64,000 bases of DNA, taken from NCBI GenBank assembly GCA_043803405.1, contig JAZDKB010000015.1, positions 32,001 through 96,000 of the forward strand, written 5' to 3'. The position numbers and the translations under genes were made by a program. Shown here piece after piece: positions 49,159 to 59,607 of this stretch. The DNA is from Spirochaetota bacterium (lineage in GTDB: Bacteria; Spirochaetota; UBA4802; JAFGDQ01). The notes beneath the pieces were generated by a model, which saw only the letters and a program-made list of their open reading frames with translations, had not been told where the DNA came from and made no database searches. Position 1 is the first letter of the stretch. Every line of letters begins with the position of its first letter.

Positions 49159-50541
49159 TTAAGCATCTCCTCTCGCAATATCCAGTTCCTGAAATCTCAA
49201 ACGGTACTTGCGTACTGCATTATTTCTATATGAAAGATTTGTCGCTAAAACCATAAAGGGATTTCGAAAGAAAATAAGATTTATAAAAAAACGCTTTAGA
49301 ATATTGGAAATCGAATAATAATCTCTGTTGCAAATTTCATTTTCATCAATAATATTCGACCATGACAGATTCTTATATTTAACTACAGGGAATGTAAGCG
49401 TATAATAATCCCAATCCTCAGGAAATTTATTTGCAGTTATGCGTCCCTCTGATTCCATTTTCTTCCATAGACGCGTACCCGGCAGAGGAGTCATAAATAC
49501 CGCGTTAAGTGCATCAATCCCGTAACTTTTTGCCGCGCTGGCAATCTGTTGCCCAATGCCTTTTGTATCTACATCGAGTCCCATAATAAAAGAACCTACA
49601 ATAGAGATCCCATGTTTATGTATCCTTCGGACAGATTCTTTAAAATCGCGCTTTTTAGCCCCGCTCCGCATATTAAATTTTTTACTTACCTCGAGAAGCC
49701 CGTTATCATTTACAGATTCAAACCCGATAAATATGCCTTTACATCCGGCTTTGGCAGTCAATTCAAGCAATTCATCATCGTCGGCAATATTAATAGTAAC
49801 CTGCGTAATCAATGTCTTGGAAAGCTTTGCTTTAATCATCGCTCTCAATAATTCCTTGGTTTCTGCAATATGTACAGGACTCGTCCCGATAAAATTATCA
49901 TCTACAATCAGTACATGTTTCTCCCGAATAGTCTTAAATTCTTCGATTATACTCTCAATGGGACGACGCCGGAATTTTCCGCCGTTAAAAGATGTCACAC
50001 TGCAAAAGCTGCAGTTTAAAGGACATCCGCGGGATGTCTGTATTGATCCGAAAAAATAACCTTCAGGTAACAGGTCATGCCGTGCAACCGGAGATTTGTC
50101 TAAACTGAGATGCGTCCCTTTATAAATACGCTTTAACTTATTCTTCTTAAAATCTTCCAAAACCTGGCCCCATATGCTCTCGGCTTCACCCGTTACAGCA
50201 CTATCAACTTTTTTTAATACCTCATCCATGCACATGCTGGCATGTATGCCTCCCATAACCACAGGGATATTTTTTTTTCGAAATTCGTCCGATATTTTAT
50301 AAGCACGCGCTGCCTGTGAAGTGAATGCTGTTATGCCGACAAGGTCAGGACGCGGCAATTGTTTATAATCTGGCAGGCCGAGGTTTTCATCGATAATGGT
50401 AATATCCCAGTCAGATGGGGTTAAACCTGCAACTACAAGCAGCCCAAGGGGCTTCCAGATGCGGTATTTACTCCATCGGCTCACATTTGAGTTTTTATAG
50501 CTGATAGCTGAATTTAACGGATTGATAAGTAGTAATCTCAT
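49159..50541 (-). CDS. B12-binding domain radical SAM protein
   Basis: PLGL, VVMGGIHAS, GEAE, RGCPLNCSFC (CxxxCxxC), IGFES, TPLPGT. Confidence 0.93.
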   Translation of the reverse strand: MRLLLINPLNSAISYKNSNVSRWSKYRIWKPLGLLVVAGLTPSDWDITIIDENLGLPDYKQLPRPDLVGITAFTSQAARAYKISDEFRKKNIPVVMGGIHASMCMDEVLKKVDSAVTGEAESIWGQVLEDFKKNKLKRIYKGTHLSLDKSPVARHDLLPEGYFFGSIQTSRGCPLNCSFCSVTSFNGGKFRRRPIESIIEEFKTIREKHVLIVDDNFIGTSPVHIAETKELLRAMIKAKLSKTLITQVTINIADDDELLELTAKAGCKGIFIGFESVNDNGLLEVSKKFNMRSGAKKRDFKESVRRIHKHGISIVGSFIMGLDVDTKGIGQQIASAAKSYGIDALNAVFMTPLPGTRLWKKMESEGRITANKFPEDWDYYTLTFPVVKYKNLSWSNIIDENEICNRDYYSISNILKRFFINLIFFRNPFMVLATNLSYRNNAVRKYRLRFQELDIARGDA

Positions 50542-50662
50542 GTTTCCTCGCTAATTTTTTTAATTAATAAAGCTACTGCCCAAACTTACTGCGTAATGCT
50601 ATAATAATAATCCGGTAAAAATTAGTTTAATTATTCGTAAGATTACCCGAATTTCCGGAAAA

Positions 50663-51055
50663 CTATTCCAATACTTGTATAAATACCTGCCTGTTCCTTG
50701 GGCCGTCGAATTCGCAGAAATAAATGCCCTGCCACGTTCCAAGCTTTAGGCTGCCGCCCTGCAGTATCACGAACTCCGAGCATCCCACAAGGCTGGACTT
50801 GATATGCGCCGGCGAATTGCCTTCCGAGTGATTAAAGCGCACGCTCTCGAGCCCAAGATGTGCAAGGCCTTTCAGCATGTCGCTTCGCACGTCGGGATCG
50901 GCGTTCTCGTTAATTGTAATTGCAGCCGTAGTATGAGGCGTATAGATATAACAAACGCCGTCTTTTACTTTAAACTCTTTTACTGCTTTATTCACCTCGG
51001 ACGTAATATCTATCAATTCTTCCCGTACATTTGTCTTTACTGAAAAAGATATCAT
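50663..51055 (-). CDS. yjbQ: YjbQ/UPF0047 family protein
   Basis: PHTTAAITINENADPDV, HSEGNSPAHIKS, LGTWQGIYFCEFDGPR. Confidence 0.92.
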   Translation of the reverse strand: MISFSVKTNVREELIDITSEVNKAVKEFKVKDGVCYIYTPHTTAAITINENADPDVRSDMLKGLAHLGLESVRFNHSEGNSPAHIKSSLVGCSEFVILQGGSLKLGTWQGIYFCEFDGPRNRQVFIQVLE

Positions 51056-51268
51056 AATAATTTTTTCATTTCACTGTAAGTTTTGCCCTTTTTTGCACAA
51101 CAATATCTTTTCATGTATAGAACCTCATGTATTTATATACATAAAAAAATAAAATTTTGTCAATCTCAATATCAATAATCGGTTAAATATAAAAGCATTT
51201 GACAAATATAAAATTTACAATCTTTATTTAATCGAATAAAACTGAATAAATGCCAGGAGAAAATAAAT

Positions 51269-51550
51269 ATGTATAATCTCACACACGTTGAAGGAAAAGA
51301 TAAAGGCAAAATCGTTCTTTACGGCCTGACCACCTGTGCATGGTGCAAAAAAACAAAAGCTCTACTCGATGAACTTGGCGTTGATTACTACTACGTGTTT
51401 CTCGACAGTCTCAGCCAGCCGGATAAAGAAATGGCAGTCGACGACGTTAACATCTGGAATCCCATGTGTTCATTCCCGACGCTTGTTCTAAAGGACAGCA
51501 AGTGCATTATAGGATTCAAAGAAGAAGAAATTAAACAGGAGTTAGGATAA
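51269..51550 (+). CDS. Glutaredoxin-like protein (methanoredoxin-like)
   Basis: LYGLTTCAWCKKTK..LDELGV, NP..SFPTLV, IGFKEEEI. Confidence 0.9.
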   Translation: MYNLTHVEGKDKGKIVLYGLTTCAWCKKTKALLDELGVDYYYVFLDSLSQPDKEMAVDDVNIWNPMCSFPTLVLKDSKCIIGFKEEEIKQELG

Positions 51551-52065
51551 TGACCGACGAAGCTGTTGCAAAGCTCGAGCAGAAATTGCTGGCAGATGCA
51601 AAAAGCGGAGGATATTTCCTGAACCCGGACGCTGGGTTTGTCCGCGAGCTTGTAGAAAGCCTGCTTATAAACGAAGAGAGATACGGATACCAGGCATGTC
51701 CGTGCCGGCTTGCCTCCGGCAAAAAAAAAGACGATCTTGATATAATATGCCCGTGCGATTACCGCGACGCGGACGTATCCGAGTTCGGAGCATGTTACTG
51801 CGCACTGTACGTTTCTCTGGCCATAAGCAAAGGAGAAATGAAAGCGCAGCCGATACCTGAAAGAAGGAGGCCTCCGAAAGAGAGGAAGCTTGTAGGGGCG
51901 GGTACTAAACCCGCATATGGTAACCAGACAGCAAAGCCCACAGGAGAGCTGCCTTTGCCCGTATGGCGCTGCAAGGTGTGCGGATATCTGTGCGCACGCG
52001 AAGCGCCGCCGGACTTATGCCCAATTTGCAAGGCAAAGAAAGAGCGATTCGAAAGATTTATGTAA
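51550..52065 (+). CDS. Ferredoxin:thioredoxin reductase catalytic domain fused to rubredoxin-like domain (FDR-type)
   Basis: CPC, CPC, CYC motifs plus WRCKVCGY...CPICKA. TAATG overlap with the glutaredoxin. Confidence 0.92.
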   Translation: MTDEAVAKLEQKLLADAKSGGYFLNPDAGFVRELVESLLINEERYGYQACPCRLASGKKKDDLDIICPCDYRDADVSEFGACYCALYVSLAISKGEMKAQPIPERRRPPKERKLVGAGTKPAYGNQTAKPTGELPLPVWRCKVCGYLCAREAPPDLCPICKAKKERFERFM

Positions 52066-52070
52066 ATATT

Positions 52071-52751
52071 TTATTTCCCGCGGAAAATGTTCTCGTTTTT
52101 TACACCGCTTAAAGCGCTGTGTTTTTTAATGCTCCCGGAATCATTGTCGCCGTTAAGGTTTGTCATTATCACTTTGCCGTGTCCCTTTCCGTACGCGTCA
52201 ATAAAGTCCTCTACAGCGCCAAGTACTGTAAGCTTTCCGGAGTCTATAAAGTTTTTGTATCTTTTAACTGCAAGCTTTACCTGGTAGTCCACGTTCATTT
52301 CAGCGGCTTCCAGCCATATCTTCTCCGCATCTCCTTTCTGACCCGCAAAACCGCGCACCGGAAGGCAAAGATGATCGAGTTCTTTTATAATGTCCGACGA
52401 TTCATTCTCATAATTGCTCATCGAAGCCTTTATGGCCCCGCAATGCACGTGACCCAGAATCAGGAGCAGCGGTGTTTTCAGATGCAGAATCCCGTAATCA
52501 ACTGAACCGAGAACAGGCACAATCTGGTTGCCGATATTCCTTATAGTAAATATTTTATTGGTCGCGTCTTCACCGAAAATATCGGACTGTACGCGCGAGT
52601 CGGAACACGCCACAAGTGTTACATCAGGCGTTTGAGTGTCGCGGAACTTATCAAAATATTCCTTTTTGCGTTTGTCCGTATAGCGCTTGTTCCCTTCAAT
52701 GATTTCTTTAACTACTGCTGTAATATCAGATGCGGCTCGTTCATGGCTCAT
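52071..52751 (-). CDS. Beta-class carbonic anhydrase
   Basis: CSDSRV, RNIGN, GHVHCGA. Confidence 0.92.
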   Translation of the reverse strand: MSHERAASDITAVVKEIIEGNKRYTDKRKKEYFDKFRDTQTPDVTLVACSDSRVQSDIFGEDATNKIFTIRNIGNQIVPVLGSVDYGILHLKTPLLLILGHVHCGAIKASMSNYENESSDIIKELDHLCLPVRGFAGQKGDAEKIWLEAAEMNVDYQVKLAVKRYKNFIDSGKLTVLGAVEDFIDAYGKGHGKVIMTNLNGDNDSGSIKKHSALSGVKNENIFRGK

Positions 52752-52904
52752 AAGAATTCTCCAGAATATTGTAATTTAAAAAAATAATATACCTAAATAA
52801 AATGTTTGCAAAAAAACGTATTTTTCTTAATTAAAGTAATAAGAAGAAATATTTAATCCGGCAATCAATAAAAATTAAAAAGCTAAATTTTGCAACAATA
52901 AAAT

Positions 52905-53777
52905 ATGAAAGTAAAAAGAACCATCTTCGACGCGCACGTACATATTTTTAAACCAGGCATTATTGATAATGTGGCAAACCGGCCTGAAATAGGGAAAGCC
53001 CTTAACCTTGACATGGAGCACGCGCACGAAAAGCTGGGCGTGGATACACTCGAAAATGCCATGAAGTCCGCGAATGTTGAGGCATGTCTTGCCCTGCCGA
53101 CCGCAAGTGCCGCAAAGGTTAAAAAAGAGAACGATACTTTTATTGCTATATCGGAAAATTCGGACTACATATACACTGCGTGCACCCTGCATCCGGATTA
53201 CGCCGGGAAGAAGGAAGAAATCGAACGCTTTAAAAATAAAGGCATAAAAGTGATAAAGCTGTGCTCATTCTCGCAGGGATTTGTGCTTAACGGTCAGAAA
53301 GCAATGGAAATGTTTGATCTGATCAGCAGTGAAAACATAAACAACAAAGCAGGATTTTCAGTTCTTCTGGATACGTTTTTCGATGCTGACAGATTTTTCG
53401 GAACAAAACCGATTTATAATACAAAGCCTGCGCTTTTTGCCGATCTTGTAAAAAATTTCCCGCAAATAAATTTCATTGGAGCGCACATGGCAGGCCTTCA
53501 CGCTCCGTACACTGAAGTGCGAAAACATCTGCTGCCGGCGGAAAATTTTTTTATGGATACTTCCAACGGCGCGCATACTCTTCAGGAAGCAGACTTCATT
53601 GAATGTCTTAAACTGCATGGTCCGGAACACATTATTTTCGGCACAGACTGGCCGTGGTTCGGTTATGACGGTGAAATAGAACTTGTCGAACATATGCTGG
53701 ACAGAGCCGGTTACAGTGAAATACAGAAAGATTCCGTTTTCCGGGGTAATATAGTAAAGACACTCGGAATTAAATAA
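52905..53777 (+). CDS. Amidohydrolase family protein
   Basis: DAHVH, LHP, AHMAG, MDTS, FGTDWPW. Confidence 0.88.
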   Translation: MKVKRTIFDAHVHIFKPGIIDNVANRPEIGKALNLDMEHAHEKLGVDTLENAMKSANVEACLALPTASAAKVKKENDTFIAISENSDYIYTACTLHPDYAGKKEEIERFKNKGIKVIKLCSFSQGFVLNGQKAMEMFDLISSENINNKAGFSVLLDTFFDADRFFGTKPIYNTKPALFADLVKNFPQINFIGAHMAGLHAPYTEVRKHLLPAENFFMDTSNGAHTLQEADFIECLKLHGPEHIIFGTDWPWFGYDGEIELVEHMLDRAGYSEIQKDSVFRGNIVKTLGIK

Positions 53778-53868
53778 TTATTTGTATTTACTTTATCTTT
53801 TATATAATTTATAATTACTTATATTCGCTTTTCATCTTTATGTGAACTTAAATCAGCGGATCAGATTG

Positions 53869-56800
53869 ATGAAAAACAAAAATAAGCCCACGCCCAAAGA
53901 AGAAAATATTTTTGAGTATATTTTTGAAAACATTCCCGATGGCGTTCTTATAACGGATATTCAAACAAAAAGTTTTAAGATGGGCAATCCTTCCATATGC
54001 CGCATGCTCGGCTACACTAAAAATGAATTTTTAAATATTGACCTGTATAAAATACATCCTAAAGAATCGATCCCGCTTATAGAAAAACTATTTAATCAGT
54101 TATTAAACGAAGAAATTGAAATAGCAAAGGACATACCTGTCTTAACTAAAGACGGGACTTTGTTATATGTAGATATTACCGCAAAACCCCTGCAATATAA
54201 CAAAAAGATTCATTTGCTGGGGATATTCAGAAACATTACTGAACGCAAAGAGGCTGAAAACAAATTTCGCCAGACTCAGGAAGTGTTAATAACAACGCTT
54301 AACGCAACCGCAGACGGAATTCTTCTTGTCGATAATCAGGATAAAATCAGTCATATAAACAGACAATTTGTCGAGATGTGGAATATACCGCAGGATATTA
54401 TTGACTCCAGGGATGACAGGCAAATGATCCGTTCTGTTCTGTATCAGCTTACTGACCCAAACGGCTTTGTAAATATATTTAAAAAATTTTACGACAACCA
54501 GTTAAAGGGTTTTGATGAAATCAGATTTAAAGACGGAAAGGTATTTGAAAGCTATACGGCTCCGGTTTTAATAGAAGGAGTTAGAATCGGCCGTGTATGG
54601 GATTACAGGGATATTACAAAAAGCAAACATGCTGAAGAAGCTCTGCAAAAAACCGCAACTGAACTTAAACTAATATTCAAAAACATGCTTAACGCTTTTG
54701 TTATATGGGAATCGGTGTTTGATAAAAATGGAAAATATATAAGCTTTCGATTCGGATTCTTTAACGAAGCATATGCGCGCATATCCAAACTGAAACTTGA
54801 AGATGTTAAAGGCAAGGATATATTTAAAGTATGGCCCGACACAGAACAAAGCTGGGTAGAGGCTTATGGAAGTGTAGCCGTAACAGGAAATCCTTATACC
54901 TTCGATATGTATCATAAAGCAACCAGAGGCTGGTATCACTGCAATGCATATCGTCCAGCCGACTCACCTTCTCAGGTCTGCGTTATCTTTGAGGATATTA
55001 CCGAGCGCAAGCTGGCAGAAGATGCGCTCAAAAAGAGTGAGACGTTACTAAGCAGTATTTTTGAAGCAAGCCCGGCAGGCATTTTGCTCCTTGTTAAAAG
55101 AGTTCCTATAAAAGTAAATCGTTCATTTTGCAGTATTACCGGTTATTCCCAGGAAGAATTATTTGGACGCACAACACGCCAACTTTATTTCAGTGATGAA
55201 GAATACAACATCGTCGGCGAAGCATATAGCGAGCGAAAGAGCAAAGGTTTATCCATGGTTGAAACGCGTTTTAGACGTAAAGACGGATCAGTAATGCACA
55301 CGCTGATAAGTCTCAGTTATATAAATCCGGATGATGAAGAAGCAGGCGATATAGCCGTATGTTTTGACATAACCGATCTTAAAAAAGCCGAGCTTGCGTT
55401 AAAAGAAAGCGAAGCAGTATTAAAAAGCCTTTTTAACGCCGCGCCTATAGGCATAGCCATTTTAAATGATCGTATGCATATTAAGGTTAACAGTTCATTA
55501 TGTAAAATTACCGGATATCCCGAATCGGAATTAGTTGGGATGAATTCCAGCGATCTCTATATCAATAATCAGGAGTATGAGAAAACCGGCGAAAAATTAT
55601 ACGGGAAGATGAAGGAAAACGGCCTTGGAATTGCAGAATCGCATTTTAAACGCAAAGACGGCACAATCATAGACGTAATTTTATGTATAAGTCCGCTTGA
55701 TATTAATAATATATCCAACGGTGTTGTCGGAACTGTTCTTGATGTTTCGGATCTTAAAAAGATAGAAGCGGAAAAATCCAGGTTAGAACAAATGCTCGTG
55801 CACTCTCAGAAAATGGAGGCAATAGGCACAATGGCAGGCGGTATAGCGCACGATTTCAACAATATCCTTGCCGGAATTTTCGGATATTCGGAATTGTCTT
55901 TAAATGTAGACGGAAATCCGCCTCAAACCGAAGAATATATACGCCAGATTATAAAAGCTTCGGAGCGGGCACGCGATCTTGTTACCAGGATACTTATATT
56001 CAGCAGGCAGACCGATCTCGCGCTTAAACCAGTTCTGCCGAAACAAATAATTGAGGAGGCAGTAAAATTTCTGCGCGCTTCAATACCTGCCATTGTGGAA
56101 CTGAAAGAAATTCTTAAAAGCAACTCAGTAATAATGGCAGAGCCCACTATGCTTCACCAGGTAATTATAAATCTCTGTAATAATGCTATTTATGCAATGA
56201 AGTCCAGGCCAGGTGTTATTGAGATCGGCCTTGATGATATGCTGGTAGACAAAGATTTTGCGCGAATGCACACAGGCATTATGCCCGGAAGGCATATTAT
56301 AATACGGGTCTCGGATACAGGAAGCGGAATAGCTCCTGAAATTCTTGGACATATATTTGAACCGTTTTTCACAACCAAACCGCAGGGAGAAGGCACAGGT
56401 CTGGGGCTTTCAGTTGCCCACGGGATCATTAAAAAACTGAGCGGGATTATAACTGTAGAGAGTGAGGTCGGGAAAGGAAGCATTTTCAGCGTTATTATAC
56501 CTGCCGCAGATGATAAAGAAATAGAAATAGACAGATCCGATTCAATTATAAAAGGCGGAACGGAAAAAATACTCCTTATAGATGACGAAGAAATAATAAT
56601 AAAGACGCTAAGTACAATACTGGGCGAGCTGGGTTACCAGGTTAAAGCTTTTACAGACTGTCTGGAAGCGCTTGATGAATATAAAAACAACTCTGCCGGT
56701 TATGATCTTATAATAACAGATTATTCTATGCCCCACATGACCGGTATTGAAATGCTAAAGGAAATAAAAGAAATAAAAAAAGATATTCCGGTTATATTAA

Positions 56801-56934
56801 CTTCCGGTTATCTTGACAAAGCAATGGAAGAGAACGCCTTAAAAGAAGGCGTCAGCTTAGTGCTTGCCAAACCGATAAGCACATTCCAGATAGCAGATGC
56901 GGTTCGTAAAGCAATGGCCGGCGGCAAACAGTAA
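53869..56934 (+). CDS. Cytoplasmic multi-PAS hybrid histidine kinase
   Basis: About 5 PAS domains, AGGIAHDFNN, EPFFTTK..GEGTGLGL, receiver DLIITD. ATG 53869 or GTG 53842 start. Confidence 0.93.
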   Translation: MKNKNKPTPKEENIFEYIFENIPDGVLITDIQTKSFKMGNPSICRMLGYTKNEFLNIDLYKIHPKESIPLIEKLFNQLLNEEIEIAKDIPVLTKDGTLLYVDITAKPLQYNKKIHLLGIFRNITERKEAENKFRQTQEVLITTLNATADGILLVDNQDKISHINRQFVEMWNIPQDIIDSRDDRQMIRSVLYQLTDPNGFVNIFKKFYDNQLKGFDEIRFKDGKVFESYTAPVLIEGVRIGRVWDYRDITKSKHAEEALQKTATELKLIFKNMLNAFVIWESVFDKNGKYISFRFGFFNEAYARISKLKLEDVKGKDIFKVWPDTEQSWVEAYGSVAVTGNPYTFDMYHKATRGWYHCNAYRPADSPSQVCVIFEDITERKLAEDALKKSETLLSSIFEASPAGILLLVKRVPIKVNRSFCSITGYSQEELFGRTTRQLYFSDEEYNIVGEAYSERKSKGLSMVETRFRRKDGSVMHTLISLSYINPDDEEAGDIAVCFDITDLKKAELALKESEAVLKSLFNAAPIGIAILNDRMHIKVNSSLCKITGYPESELVGMNSSDLYINNQEYEKTGEKLYGKMKENGLGIAESHFKRKDGTIIDVILCISPLDINNISNGVVGTVLDVSDLKKIEAEKSRLEQMLVHSQKMEAIGTMAGGIAHDFNNILAGIFGYSELSLNVDGNPPQTEEYIRQIIKASERARDLVTRILIFSRQTDLALKPVLPKQIIEEAVKFLRASIPAIVELKEILKSNSVIMAEPTMLHQVIINLCNNAIYAMKSRPGVIEIGLDDMLVDKDFARMHTGIMPGRHIIIRVSDTGSGIAPEILGHIFEPFFTTKPQGEGTGLGLSVAHGIIKKLSGIITVESEVGKGSIFSVIIPAADDKEIEIDRSDSIIKGGTEKILLIDDEEIIIKTLSTILGELGYQVKAFTDCLEALDEYKNNSAGYDLIITDYSMPHMTGIEMLKEIKEIKKDIPVILTSGYLDKAMEENALKEGVSLVLAKPISTFQIADAVRKAMAGGKQ

Positions 56935-56951
56935 TTTAAAAAATTATTATT

Positions 56952-57218
56952 ATGAAAAAGCTAAAAGACAAAACCGATTTACAAAGTATCCCGGGCATAG
57001 GGCCAAGTATGAAAAAAGATCTTGTTGATCTCGGAATAGACCTTGTACCTGACCTGAAAGGGAAAAATCCGGAAAAATTATATAATGATCTGTGTAAAAT
57101 AAGAAATACACATATAGACAGATGCGTTTTGTATGTTTTCAGATGCGCTGTTTATTATGCTGAAAATGAAATACGCGATCCAGAACTCATAAAATGGTGG
57201 AACTGGAAAGACAGATAA
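56952..57218 (+). CDS. Cdd1-like helix-hairpin-helix protein
   Basis: LQSIPGIG.S...DL..LGI, DRCVLYVFRCAVY, KWWNWKD. Confidence 0.85.
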   Translation: MKKLKDKTDLQSIPGIGPSMKKDLVDLGIDLVPDLKGKNPEKLYNDLCKIRNTHIDRCVLYVFRCAVYYAENEIRDPELIKWWNWKDR

Positions 57219-57230
57219 AATAAAAACAGG

Positions 57231-57608
57231 TTATTTTATTACATTCGCTTTTATTTTAAAAACGACTTTTTCCTTATCAGGGATATTCGTATAAATATAT
57301 ATTGATTTTGTTACCTGACCTTCATCGTTACCGGAATTAAAAGATATCTCAAGAATTCCGTCTTCGCCGGGAGATATTTTATCCTTATTTGTTTTTGTTT
57401 CGGTGCATCCGCAGCTTGTTCTGATTTTTTTTATAATAAGATCCGAATCTCCATTATTTTTAAATGTAATCGATTCCTTAACAATTGTATTCTGCTTAAT
57501 TGTCCCAAAGTCATGTACGGTTTTAATGAAATCAATAGACGGATTCCCGAATAATGAATTATTAACCATTAAACAGCACAATAAAATTAAAAAAAACATC
57601 CTTTTCAT
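57231..57608 (-). CDS. DUF1573 Ig-like exported protein
   Basis: HDFGTI, FKNNG..DL.I..I.TSCGCT, ISPGE.G. Confidence 0.85.
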   Translation of the reverse strand: MKRMFFLILLCCLMVNNSLFGNPSIDFIKTVHDFGTIKQNTIVKESITFKNNGDSDLIIKKIRTSCGCTETKTNKDKISPGEDGILEISFNSGNDEGQVTKSIYIYTNIPDKEKVVFKIKANVIK

Positions 57609-57628
57609 TTTTATTCCTCGAATTACGG

Positions 57629-58312
57629 TTACTTTACAAATGTAATGTTTTTACTTCCCCCGCAGCTTGAGCACGAACATGAAAGGCTACCGCTTTCCGC
57701 TTTTTCAAATGCTTCCCTGCCCTCCCTGAACGCGAAATAAGCAATGCCAAGCGCTCCGGCAAGATCAACATAACCTATGCGAAAGACTTCGTATAGTATG
57801 CTTGAAACAAGAAGTATAAACGATAAATAAAAGCATGTCTTAGTGCAATTCGCGTCAGCAATGATCGGTTTGGAATCGAGAGCTTTGCCAACACGCATTT
57901 TATAAGAATACAAAAACCACATGCTTATTATTGAAACTGCGGAAACAATAATGCCAGCTATCGTTGTTTCCGGTTTTGTATCAAAAACAATATTAAGAAC
58001 AGCAGTTACGATCAATCCCGCGGTTAACAGATAGAACGCGAATCCTGTGATCCGCAGCGCCCGCCTTTCGAATACATCTATGGCAGTAATATCGGAAGTA
58101 CGCATCCTGCGGAGCATGTGCCATACACCTGCACCGGAAATAACCTCGACAAAGCTGTCCACGCCGAAACCAAAGAGCGCAACAGTATCATACGAAAAAC
58201 CGAAAATAGTTGAAACAAGGCCTTCTGCAATGTTATAAACGATCGTTATTATGCTGAGAATATATGCTATTTTTAAATATCTTTCCCTGTTATTATCCAT
58301 AATTGTTATCAT
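57629..58312 (-). CDS. Cation-efflux-like membrane protein with Cys-rich tail
   Basis: YNIAEG, ALFGFGVDSFVE, ADANCT..C, REGREA, C-terminal CSCSSC. Confidence 0.8.
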   Translation of the reverse strand: MITIMDNNRERYLKIAYILSIITIVYNIAEGLVSTIFGFSYDTVALFGFGVDSFVEVISGAGVWHMLRRMRTSDITAIDVFERRALRITGFAFYLLTAGLIVTAVLNIVFDTKPETTIAGIIVSAVSIISMWFLYSYKMRVGKALDSKPIIADANCTKTCFYLSFILLVSSILYEVFRIGYVDLAGALGIAYFAFREGREAFEKAESGSLSCSCSSCGGSKNITFVK

Positions 58313-58508
58313 ATTTGTTTAAATATAAAATATTTATATTAGAAGTCAATGGAATTTATATTAAATATTTGAATTAAAGTTGACTTATTTCCGGATTAAT
58401 TGAACTATAAATTTATAGCAGGTCTTTTCTCTTTACTATTTTATTTAGAACATTAATATTATTCTGTAAGAATTATAAAGCCCATATTGAAAACAAACAG
58501 GAATTCCA

Positions 58509-58883
58509 ATGAAATATAACGGAGAAATTGAGTTTTACATTGAAGAAGTAAACGAACAGCGTGTAATCAGCAGAATGCCTGTAAAATCCGGAATGCTTAA
58601 TCCTTTCGGTACTGTCCATGCCGGCGCAATTATCTGGCTGGCGGATGTAACGGCAACTGTTTTGGCGCTTGGAACGGAAACGATTCCCGAAAACGGCAAA
58701 GGATTCCCCCTTGCCGTAAATCTTTATACAAGTTTACTCGGCAATCAGCAAAGCGGCGAAATAAAAGCCGAAGCCGGCTTTGTCCGCAAAGGAAAACAGG
58801 TCTTAGTGGTGCGTACAAAGGTCACAGGAAATAATGATAAACTGCTGGCGGAAATAACGACAACGCATATTCCTGCAATCTAA
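58509..58883 (+). CDS. PaaI-family hotdog thioesterase
   Basis: LNPFGTVHAGAIIWLAD. Confidence 0.88.
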   Translation: MKYNGEIEFYIEEVNEQRVISRMPVKSGMLNPFGTVHAGAIIWLADVTATVLALGTETIPENGKGFPLAVNLYTSLLGNQQSGEIKAEAGFVRKGKQVLVVRTKVTGNNDKLLAEITTTHIPAI

Positions 58884-58940
58884 GCATTTTAATGAAATAA
58901 TATTATTATCTAAAAATATAGTAATAATCAGGAAAATATT

Positions 58941-59594
58941 ATGGCAGATTATAAGATCGTTCAAAAGCTGGATGAAAAATTAATTGCTGATGGGATTATA
59001 GATGCCGCATATAAAGATGATTACCGCAAGGTTCATTCAAGACTGAATGCTCATTATAAGAAAAGCGGAGCAGTTTTGCCTGCAGAAATGTTCGATAAAA
59101 ACGAAACAAGACTGCGCAAATGGCTCGGAGAATTATATAAAAAAGGCGCATCACAGGAAAGGCTGACCTGCTACCTGCGATGCGGGCTGGCTCATCTCTC
59201 CTTTGATTTTATCGAATCTTCCTACAAGTCAATCGGCAATGACGACCTTGTTACACGGGCATTGCTGTCTTTTAAAAGCCGCGAATTTCATAAAACCTAT
59301 TACAAAGCTACCGATACTGCAATTCTGGTTAAGAAAAAACGGACAATAAAAATAAAAAGCGCCAGGAAAATTAAAAGTAAAAAGACAAAGGACAAACCGA
59401 AAAAAAAGATTACTGCTGTAAAAAAGGTTTTATCAGCTAAAGCAAAACCCAAAAAGAAAGTAAAAAAGCCAGTCAAAAAAACAACACGCAATAAACGGGT
59501 AACTGTGACAAAAAAATCCGCCACTAAAAAAAATACAAAATCCAAATCCTCAACTAAAAAAAAGCACATATTAAAAATTAAATTATTCAGATAA
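58941..59594 (+). CDS. Hypothetical protein with long Lys-rich (histone H1-like) C-terminal tail
   Basis: About 125-aa globular N-terminus, then about 90 aa dominated by K/T/S/A/V/P. Confidence 0.75.
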   Translation: MADYKIVQKLDEKLIADGIIDAAYKDDYRKVHSRLNAHYKKSGAVLPAEMFDKNETRLRKWLGELYKKGASQERLTCYLRCGLAHLSFDFIESSYKSIGNDDLVTRALLSFKSREFHKTYYKATDTAILVKKKRTIKIKSARKIKSKKTKDKPKKKITAVKKVLSAKAKPKKKVKKPVKKTTRNKRVTVTKKSATKKNTKSKSSTKKKHILKIKLFR

Positions 59595-59607
59595 ACAGGG
59601 GGCGGTC

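Noticed and set aside
50021..50039. GGACATCC-GCG-GGATGTCT resembling the GGA modules
   Set aside because: Lies in the codons for QTSRGCP of the radical SAM gene and has different geometry, so likely coincidental.
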